This document shows positions 10,522-18,159 of a stretch of 64,000 nt of DNA, in pieces; the stretch's first letter is position 1; each line of letters starts with the position of its first letter. The stretch covers positions 32,239 to 96,238 of the forward strand of contig NJBH01000013.1 in the NCBI GenBank assembly GCA_005223125.1, read 5' to 3'. The translations under genes were made by a program, and so were the position numbers. This DNA is from Promethearchaeota archaeon Loki_b32 (GTDB taxonomy: Archaea > Asgardarchaeota > Lokiarchaeia > Sigyniarchaeales > SOKP01). The notes below the pieces were generated by a model, which worked only from the letters and a program-made list of their open reading frames with translations, was not told the origin of the DNA and made no database searches.

Positions 10522-10663
10522 AATAATCAGAAGTTTAAATTTATATTCAATATTTAATAGATTTCTCAAAGTTTTATATAATTCTCAAACTAAAAAGGAT
10601 TACTATTAAAACATAATAAAGTAAGGAAGAAATTTTTCTTCTAATACTAATTTTTTAGAACTA

Positions 10664-11413
10664 TTAGTAAAAGGAAGTCATAGATTGAATCATTTTATAA
10701 GAAAAAGCTATTTGCGGATTACCATTATCGCTAATCCCCATATGGCCCGGAAGAAGATATTTTACATCTAAATTGTTCACATATTTAATAGAATTAATTA
10801 GGTCGCTTAATGAACCTCCAGGAAAATCATATCTTCCAAAACTGCCTCCAGTAAAAACTAAATCTCCTGGGATTAATATTTTTTTGTTAGAATCGTAATA
10901 ACAGATTGAGCCTAAGGAATGGCCTGGTGTATAATGGATTTGAAACGTAAATTCAGAAAATACTTTAATCTCTTCAGAATTAGCGAGGTCAATCACACTT
11001 AAAGGGAAAATCTCAATTCCAAACATTTCAAGATTTATTCCTAGAATATCTGGGCAAATTTGAGATTTATTACCCGCTTTTAAGATGCTAGCCGTTTCAC
11101 CATATGCATAAATTTCTGGAGGACCATCGTTTAATGTTTTTATTAATGGATATAAACCCAAAACATGATCAACATGCTCATGAGTTAAAAATACTTTAGT
11201 GATATTGCGGTATTCAAGATTATATTTCTCCATGCCTTTGAATAAACCTTTAAGAGAAATACCATTACCGGTATCAAATAGAGCAAGTTCTTCAGTTTTA
11301 GGATCTTTAATTACATATTGATTACAGTCTAACATTTGGTTTTCTGAAAAGTAATAAAGATTTTTTACAGCTTCTTTGCCCTTTTTCTCAGAATCCCCAC
11401 TAGAAAAAAACAT
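10664..11413 (-). CDS. MBL-fold metallo-hydrolase
   Basis: Contains the HxHxDH motif (THEHVDHVLG) and downstream His/Asp ligands (TPGHS, GD, PGH). Confidence 0.85.
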   Translation of the reverse strand: MFFSSGDSEKKGKEAVKNLYYFSENQMLDCNQYVIKDPKTEELALFDTGNGISLKGLFKGMEKYNLEYRNITKVFLTHEHVDHVLGLYPLIKTLNDGPPEIYAYGETASILKAGNKSQICPDILGINLEMFGIEIFPLSVIDLANSEEIKVFSEFTFQIHYTPGHSLGSICYYDSNKKILIPGDLVFTGGSFGRYDFPGGSLSDLINSIKYVNNLDVKYLLPGHMGISDNGNPQIAFSYKMIQSMTSFY

Positions 11414-11522
11414 GATGAATATTACAATTAAATTTATTTAAAAGATAAAATAAGCTTAACTTTAATGTTTTTCTTTTACAAACTATAAAACTAATAATAA
11501 ACAAAAAATAAATTATAGTAAT

Positions 11523-11903
11523 ATGGAAAATCAACCCAATATTGAAGAATTAAAATCTAAAATAAATTATGGAATAAAATTTTGGTTAGAATTTGAGGGT
11601 AAGAGTATATTGGGCTCTGGTTGGGCAGAATTATTAAAAAGCATTGAAAAAAACAAAGAAGGATCATTAACTCAAGCAGCTAAAGAGTGTAATTATTCTT
11701 ATAAATACGCATGGAATATTTTAAAAAGAATCGAGAAAAGAACGGGTAATCCTGTGGTAATTACTGGCAAAGGAGGTCGCGGTGGGGGTGGTTGGGTAAG
11801 ATTGAATAATTGGGGGAAATTCCTCTTAGATATCTATAGAGAATATCTAAACGAAATTAGAAAAATCGAAGAAAAACTTAAAGAAACCATAAAGATCGAC
11901 TAA
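11523..11903 (+). CDS. ModE-N-terminal-like winged HTH protein
   Basis: SLTQAAKECNYSYKYAWNILKRIEKRTGNPVVITGKGGRGGGG matches the ModE/LysR-type HTH followed by its glycine-rich tail. There is no TOBE domain. Confidence 0.7.
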   Translation: MENQPNIEELKSKINYGIKFWLEFEGKSILGSGWAELLKSIEKNKEGSLTQAAKECNYSYKYAWNILKRIEKRTGNPVVITGKGGRGGGGWVRLNNWGKFLLDIYREYLNEIRKIEEKLKETIKID

Positions 11904-11994
11904 TAAATATATTTTAATTTCAATATTGATTATTTTCAGTAAGGAAATTAGAAATTATGTTTTTTCGAAATTATTTTTAGATTAAGGTAATATC

Positions 11995-12423
11995 ATGGAA
12001 GACTGCTTAAAAGAATTGAGTGATATAAAAGTATCAAGCATGATGATTAAAGACCCCCTCTATACATTTCCAAATGAAAAAATTAGTGCCACTGAACTTC
12101 TTATGATAAGGAAAAATATAGGTGGACTTCCTGTTGTGAAAGATCGTAAGAATAGATTATTAATTGGTATTATAACTCAAAGAGATATACGTCTTGCTAG
12201 ATTTGCTATGAGTCTTGATTCACCCAATACAACTGTTAAGGATTTAATGACTTTAGAACCCTTTGTTGTACGAAAAGATGACACTTTGAAGTATGTATTA
12301 GAGGTAATGTTTGGGAAAAAAATAGAACGACTACCTGTAGTGAATGAAAATAATGAACTTATTGGTCTAGTTATGCAAAATGAGATTCTACAAAAACTTC
12401 TTGAATATATGAAGAAAGATTGA
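11995..12423 (+). CDS. CBS-pair domain protein
   Basis: Two CBS repeats are present (GGLPVVKD...GIITQRDI and ERLPVVNENNELIGLV). Confidence 0.85.
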   Translation: MEDCLKELSDIKVSSMMIKDPLYTFPNEKISATELLMIRKNIGGLPVVKDRKNRLLIGIITQRDIRLARFAMSLDSPNTTVKDLMTLEPFVVRKDDTLKYVLEVMFGKKIERLPVVNENNELIGLVMQNEILQKLLEYMKKD

Positions 12424-12526
12424 AAATTTAATTAAAAGTAATAAATTTATAAAGTTTACAAAAAAATATTAATTTTAGATTATTAATAAGAAAAACAATA
12501 TTAAAAAACTAAATTATTGATAGAAA

Positions 12527-14050
12527 ATGGCACTGCCTTTACCTGGAACACCAATTATAATTGATATTGGCTCAGCATATGTGAAGATTGGATTTGCCGG
12601 AGAACCAGGACCTAGATTTGTGTTTCCTTGTATAACAGGAACAGAAAAATATAAATCTGTGATGGTTGACATAAGCGCTAGAAGTATTTACGTTGGAAAC
12701 GACGTATCTCGCATGCGTGGAGTTCTTAAAATTAAACATCCTCTAAATCGTGGAGAAATCATTGATTGGGACAGTTATTATGAGATCTTAAACTATATAT
12801 TTTATTCATTACTTAGAATTGAAAATCTTTCACTTTATCCAGTATTCTATTGCGAACCTCCTTTTATGCATAGAGATACTAAAGAATTTATTGCCAGAGT
12901 TTTTTTTGAAACTCATCACGTCCGAAGTCTAGTAATGATGTCAACACCTTTACTTTCCCTATTTAGTGTTGGATTGACATCAGGATTGGTAATTGAAAGC
13001 GGAGATGGCTTGTCATGGATTGTACCAATAATTAACGGTCAAATAGTTCACCATGCAGTCCAGAAAATTCCAATTGCAGGAATAGATGTTAATCAGAATT
13101 TAAAAGGTCTTTTAATGAGAGAAGGAGCAAGTATTTCTTCTAGTGCTGCGGATGAGATTATCCAAGATATTAAAGAAAAGAATTGTTATTTTGTATTGGA
13201 TCCAAATAAACCACCAAGTACAGGAGAAATATTTAGTTTTCCAATGCCAGATGGATCAACCATTAGTGTTCCAACTTACATTCTCTATCAAGCTCCAGAA
13301 GTATTATTTAATCCTGGCATGTTAGGTTATGGAAACGTTATGAATCTACCTCAAGCAGTACTTACTTGTTTGAGAGCCATTGATAATCACTATTGGCATG
13401 ATCTTTTATCACATATTGTATTTTCGGGAGGGAATCTTTCATATAGTGGCTTTAAAGAACGTTTCGAATTTGAATTAGACCAGATTCTTCCTCAATTAGG
13501 TTCAATCCCTAAACCAGTCGCCCCTCTTTCTGCAGTTAAAAGTGAATTAATCAAGCTTCAATCTGTTGAAATATCAAAGAAAAAAGAGGATACTTGCCCT
13601 CATTGTGGGACTAATGTTAATCTTGGTGATGGGAAAAAATTATGTCCCTCATGTGGGGGTGTACTTGTTTTACCGGAGATAAAAATTGGAGCACTAGGCC
13701 AAAGCAGTCAAAGTAAACAAATTAAGGTAAAATGTCCACATTGTAAAAAGAAGGTCGCCGATACAGATTCACTTTTTTGTCCGTATTGTGGAAAACCCAT
13801 AGAATCTTTAGAAGCAGCTGCTCTACCCAAAGCAGTAATAGAAAAATCACCCGCTCAAGAATTTTCTGAATTCATGGAATCTGCTAGTAATGTTCTCAAA
13901 TTTTTTATTCCTGACAATCTTCAATTTACTATTTTTAATGGAGCTGCCATTTTAGGGAGTTTGCCTAGCTTTCAGCAATTATTTATAACATCTGAACAAT
14001 TTCAAACAAACAAGGATCTATTATACAGAGACATTAGTGAGATTCTTTAA
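12527..14050 (+). CDS. Actin-family protein (Asgard actin/Arp-like) with ~110-aa double zinc-ribbon insertion
   Basis: The N-terminus IIIDIGSAYVKIGFAGEPGPRFVFP matches the actin phosphate-1 loop. Also present are GLVIESGDG (phosphate 2), VFSGGN (adenosine motif) and a C-terminal FNGAAILGSLPSFQQLFITSEQF. Two CxxC-x11/12-CxxC units sit between the last two motifs. Confidence 0.85.
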   Translation: MALPLPGTPIIIDIGSAYVKIGFAGEPGPRFVFPCITGTEKYKSVMVDISARSIYVGNDVSRMRGVLKIKHPLNRGEIIDWDSYYEILNYIFYSLLRIENLSLYPVFYCEPPFMHRDTKEFIARVFFETHHVRSLVMMSTPLLSLFSVGLTSGLVIESGDGLSWIVPIINGQIVHHAVQKIPIAGIDVNQNLKGLLMREGASISSSAADEIIQDIKEKNCYFVLDPNKPPSTGEIFSFPMPDGSTISVPTYILYQAPEVLFNPGMLGYGNVMNLPQAVLTCLRAIDNHYWHDLLSHIVFSGGNLSYSGFKERFEFELDQILPQLGSIPKPVAPLSAVKSELIKLQSVEISKKKEDTCPHCGTNVNLGDGKKLCPSCGGVLVLPEIKIGALGQSSQSKQIKVKCPHCKKKVADTDSLFCPYCGKPIESLEAAALPKAVIEKSPAQEFSEFMESASNVLKFFIPDNLQFTIFNGAAILGSLPSFQQLFITSEQFQTNKDLLYRDISEIL

Positions 14051-14205
14051 ATAATAAAAAAAAACTTTTCCTTTTAATTGAATTTCATACTAGATTATAA
14101 AAAATTGAAAAATTACTTCATGTACTTTAGCCATATAGTTAATTTTTAATTTCAAGATAGATTTAAGAAATTAAATTTTAAATTATCAGAATTAGGTATT
14201 TTTAT

Positions 14206-15303
14206 TTGAAGTACAGATATCGGAATTTAATTGTTGTAGTATTTTTGTTGTTAATAACAATAAATGCAATTCCGAGTGCGTTAGGAAAAAATAGACGGGC
14301 TTATTTAACTAGTTTTATATTAAATAATGAAATTATAGGGAACGGTTTTTCCAATGCTATTTATAGCGACGATACCGTTTCTTTTGAAGCAACAGCTTAT
14401 GCATTAGAAATTTTAGATGATTATGGAATTAATCCGCATGAAATTGAAGCTCTTCAAAATAATCTAGAAAATAATGTAGACGAGATGTTTAATAATGATG
14501 AAGTAGTTCTATACGATTTATTTTTTTTAATGAAATCATTAAACATTTTACAGCATGAAGATATAGATTTAGAAAATAGAATTTATAAATATTTAAATGA
14601 TACTGAACAGATAGGAGGTGGGTTCTCTTTCAAAAACTCCACGAGTTCAGCAAATTTAGCTTCTACATATTATGTTATTCAACTTTATTTATTGATTGAT
14701 GAGCCAATTAATAATCTTACAGCTCATAAAAATTGGATTCTTTCATGCAATAATTCTGATGGGGGGTACGGAGGAAGTCAAGGTCTTTCCTCAACTTTAA
14801 CCGATACTTTTTTTGTTGTTTCGCTTTTAGATGAATTATGGGGAATTGACGCTCTAGTTGATATGAACAAGACATTACATTATCTTAAATCATTTTATGT
14901 TGATGATTCAGCAGATCTTAATAGTTTTGGAGGATATTTACCTGATGAAATTGCACAATATGCATTATTAAGTAGTACTTTTTTTTGTGTTAAATCAATT
15001 TCACTAATTGATCCAGATCTTAGCGAATTAAATAGTGCTTCCACAATGGTTTGGGTATTAGCGCGCCAATATTTCGAAGATGGAGGATTTGCAGAGAACT
15101 CTGAAGGATATGAACAAAAAACATCTTCTGTCATCTCATCATATTATGGATTCGAAACTTTAAGAGTATTTAATGCCCTATCAAGTTTAGCAGGAGAAAT
15201 TTGGATGGTGGAATTTAATTTTTGGATATTAGGGATAGTCTTAATGTCTATAGGAATTATTATTGCTTTAATAGTATTTTTATGGCGAAAAAGAAGAATA
15301 TAA
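14206..15303 (+). CDS. Secreted, C-terminally anchored protein with prenyltransferase/terpene-cyclase-like alpha-alpha toroid repeats
   Basis: TTG start preceded by AGGT. It has an N-terminal signal-like helix and repeated GG[FY] motifs (IGGGFSF, SDGGYGG, FGGYLP, EDGGFAE). A C-terminal TM helix is followed by RKRRI. Confidence 0.7.
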   Translation: MKYRYRNLIVVVFLLLITINAIPSALGKNRRAYLTSFILNNEIIGNGFSNAIYSDDTVSFEATAYALEILDDYGINPHEIEALQNNLENNVDEMFNNDEVVLYDLFFLMKSLNILQHEDIDLENRIYKYLNDTEQIGGGFSFKNSTSSANLASTYYVIQLYLLIDEPINNLTAHKNWILSCNNSDGGYGGSQGLSSTLTDTFFVVSLLDELWGIDALVDMNKTLHYLKSFYVDDSADLNSFGGYLPDEIAQYALLSSTFFCVKSISLIDPDLSELNSASTMVWVLARQYFEDGGFAENSEGYEQKTSSVISSYYGFETLRVFNALSSLAGEIWMVEFNFWILGIVLMSIGIIIALIVFLWRKRRI

Positions 15304-15403
15304 AGATTTTCCTTTCTTAAATATGATTATAGTGAATTTCGTATTTCATATTAACAGTATTACTAATATCTGTTTACATATCAAATAATTCATAAAAATT
15401 ATC

Positions 15404-16267
15404 ATGAAAAGTAAAATATTAGATGGAAAAAGATTAGCAGATAAGTTAAATTCGGAGCTAAAGGAAAAAGTTAAGCAATATGTAGAAAAAACATGTATTA
15501 AACCAAAATTGGCAACAGTTCTCGTAGGAAAGGATCCTGCGTCAAAAATCTATGTTAATATTAAGAATAAAACGTGTCAAGAAGTAGGTATCGATTCAGT
15601 AATCATAGAATTAGATGAAAATATTTCAAAAGAAGGATTAAAGAATGAGATCAACAAACTTAATAATGACTCTACTATCCATGGTATTTTACTCCAATTA
15701 CCTCTACCTAAAAATTTAAGAGAGTATACTCCCGAGTTTTTAGAAGAAATTGTACCATTGAAAGATGCGGATGGTTTAAATCCATACAATCGTGGAAAAC
15801 TTTTTGATTACAATGAAGAATTGGCTGCTTGTACTCCTAAAGGGATAATAAAATTGCTCGAACATTATGATATTGAGCTTAAGGGGAAAGATGTAGTCAT
15901 AATAAATCGTTCGAATTTAGTAGGGAAACCCTTGATCTTTATGTTGTTAAAAAGAAATGCAACTGTTACTATTTGCCACACTTCTACAAGAGATATTGAT
16001 GAATATATCCGGAAAGCAGATATCCTAATAGTTGCTGTTAGACAACCTAAATTCATAACTAATGAGAAAATTAAGGAAAATGTAATTATTATTGATGTGA
16101 GTACAAATCGAGTTGAAGGAAAGTTATGTGGCGATGTAGATTTGGAAGACGTTTTGGAAAAATGTCAAAAAATAACTCCCGTTCCTGGGGGAATAGGACC
16201 AATGACAGTTGCTATGCTCTGTGAGAATACATTTACGGCTTATAAGAAACAGTTAAATCTCTCTTAA
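15404..16267 (+). CDS. folD: Bifunctional methylene-THF dehydrogenase / methenyl-THF cyclohydrolase
   Basis: ILDGKRLA...LATVLVGKDPASKIYV, the PLP motif, GKDVVIINRSNLVGKP and PVPGGIGPMT are all present. Confidence 0.95.
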   Translation: MKSKILDGKRLADKLNSELKEKVKQYVEKTCIKPKLATVLVGKDPASKIYVNIKNKTCQEVGIDSVIIELDENISKEGLKNEINKLNNDSTIHGILLQLPLPKNLREYTPEFLEEIVPLKDADGLNPYNRGKLFDYNEELAACTPKGIIKLLEHYDIELKGKDVVIINRSNLVGKPLIFMLLKRNATVTICHTSTRDIDEYIRKADILIVAVRQPKFITNEKIKENVIIIDVSTNRVEGKLCGDVDLEDVLEKCQKITPVPGGIGPMTVAMLCENTFTAYKKQLNLS

Positions 16268-16487
16268 TTTCTTTTTAGATTTTATCTTTTCATTAAAATA
16301 CGATTAATAGAATAATGGTTATTAATCTAGAAAAAACATAATAATAATCTTTATTGTATTAAAAAACAATTAAAAATATATTGATAAAGGTTTAAAAAAA
16401 AATAGAAATAAAAACATTAATTACTACTATAAAACAAATACGAAGTAAATAAATATTTTAGAATCAGTAAAAATATCCTTTTGAAAA

Positions 16488-16943
16488 ATGGCAATTTTAG
16501 AAGTTGGAATTAATCTTGGCATGAGAAACCTAGTTGAGATAAAATATTATATATCTTCGGATAATGTTTTAGATCCAAACTTACGTGCTGGATTTCTAAC
16601 TGCACTTGAAAGCTTTACAAGCGAAGTTTTTGGTGATGATATAAACGTTATCAGTCTTGCGAGTTTTAAATTAGTTTGTTATTGTGAGATGATAACATTA
16701 CCAGATGATGATGTGAATAATAAACAACCATTACTTTCATATGCTATTATAGAAAAATCTACAGACGCCTCAGTAGTGAAAGAACAATTGAATGAAATAA
16801 TCTCTTATTTTCTCAATCGATACCCCTTGAATGATATTTTTTCAAAAAAACCTAAATATTTTAAACAGTTTGAAAATCGAATAGATGAATTATTAGGAGA
16901 TTTAAAATTAAAAACTGAGGATAGATTTCGTTCTTTATTTTAA
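16488..16943 (+). CDS. Small alpha/beta protein, candidate longin/SNARE-like-fold regulator
   Basis: 151 aa. The core LRAGFLTALESFTSEVFGDDINVISLASFKLVCY shares a pattern with ORF 50986..51507. It ends 22 nt upstream of the DRG-type GTPase gene. Confidence 0.45.
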   Translation: MAILEVGINLGMRNLVEIKYYISSDNVLDPNLRAGFLTALESFTSEVFGDDINVISLASFKLVCYCEMITLPDDDVNNKQPLLSYAIIEKSTDASVVKEQLNEIISYFLNRYPLNDIFSKKPKYFKQFENRIDELLGDLKLKTEDRFRSLF

Positions 16944-16965
16944 ATTAATAAAATAGTGTTTTGAT

Positions 16966-18159
16966 TTGAGTTCCAATTTACCCCCTCAAGCTAAAGCTAA
17001 ATATCAAGAGTATCTAGATGCTGGAGCTTTAGAAGAAAGGATAAAAAAATTAGAAGAATTTCTATCCCTAGTACCTAAACATAAAGCAACAGAAAAAACT
17101 GTCGCTCTCAATAAATCACGCTTAGCGAAGATGAAGCGTGAATTAGAACATCGTAGGCAAAAACAAAAAAGTATACAAAAAATAGTCAGCCCTTTTTCAA
17201 TAAAGAAGGAAGGAATTCAAGTAATATTAATTAGTTGTTTCCAAACCCCCGGAGTTGGAAAAACAGCACTTTTGAATTATCTTACTGGAGCAGCGGAAGA
17301 TAAAATTGGAAAATTTACAGCTTTACCAGAAATAGGAATTTACCAATATCAAAAAATCCGTTTTCAAATAGTCGAGATGCCCTCTCTTATGGAAGGAGCG
17401 GCTGATGGAGTTGGAAATGGAAAAGAAATACTTTCACAACTTAGAGCTGCAGATTTATTATGCATTTGTATAGATTTATCTGGAAATATTGAAAAACAGA
17501 TGAATTTATTACTCACTGAATTATCTAAAGCAGATATTCGAATAAACATTCAACCACCATCTCTTACAATTGAAAAAACTGGTGCAAATAAAATTCAAGT
17601 GTTATATATGACTAAAAAGGCAAAAGAGATTGAGAAACTAGGAGATTTATCAGAACAAATAAAAGATATTGTAAATGAAAATGGAATTCATAATGGGATT
17701 GTAAAAATTTATGGTAAGATAACTCTTGATGATGTTATAGATGTTCTAACTCCCTCTGTTGTGTATAAAAAAGTAATGATATTAGGAACTAAAGGAGATC
17801 TTTCTCATACTCAAGAGATTTTTGATAAATTAGAGAAGAAATATTCAGATAAATTTCCAATAATTTTAGGTACAAGTTTCCAGAAAGAGACTTTTCCTAA
17901 TGATTTTGGCGAGATTATCCTAAAATTCTTACAAAAAATTAGGATATATACCATGAGTGGCGGAATTGTTGCTGAACAGCCATTATTAATGGACAAGAAT
18001 CCCTCTATCAAAGATGTGGCATTAAAAGTTCATAGGAGTTTTTATAATTCTTTCGAACATGCAATAATTATACGAGAAGGAGAACGTCAAAAACGCAAAA
18101 AAGTTGGCCTAAATTACATTTTGAAAGATAATGATATAGTAGAAATACACATTACCTAA
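16966..18159 (+). CDS. DRG/Obg-family GTPase homologue with C-terminal TGS domain; G motifs partly degenerate
   Basis: N-terminal KHKATEKTVALNKSRLAKMKRELE helix as in DRG. It has a P-loop TPGVGKT and a C-terminal TGS-like segment (IRIYTM...VGLNYILKDNDIVEIHI). G3 reads EMPS where DRG has DLPG, and G4 reads TKGD where DRG has NKxD. Confidence 0.75.
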   Translation: MSSNLPPQAKAKYQEYLDAGALEERIKKLEEFLSLVPKHKATEKTVALNKSRLAKMKRELEHRRQKQKSIQKIVSPFSIKKEGIQVILISCFQTPGVGKTALLNYLTGAAEDKIGKFTALPEIGIYQYQKIRFQIVEMPSLMEGAADGVGNGKEILSQLRAADLLCICIDLSGNIEKQMNLLLTELSKADIRINIQPPSLTIEKTGANKIQVLYMTKKAKEIEKLGDLSEQIKDIVNENGIHNGIVKIYGKITLDDVIDVLTPSVVYKKVMILGTKGDLSHTQEIFDKLEKKYSDKFPIILGTSFQKETFPNDFGEIILKFLQKIRIYTMSGGIVAEQPLLMDKNPSIKDVALKVHRSFYNSFEHAIIIREGERQKRKKVGLNYILKDNDIVEIHIT

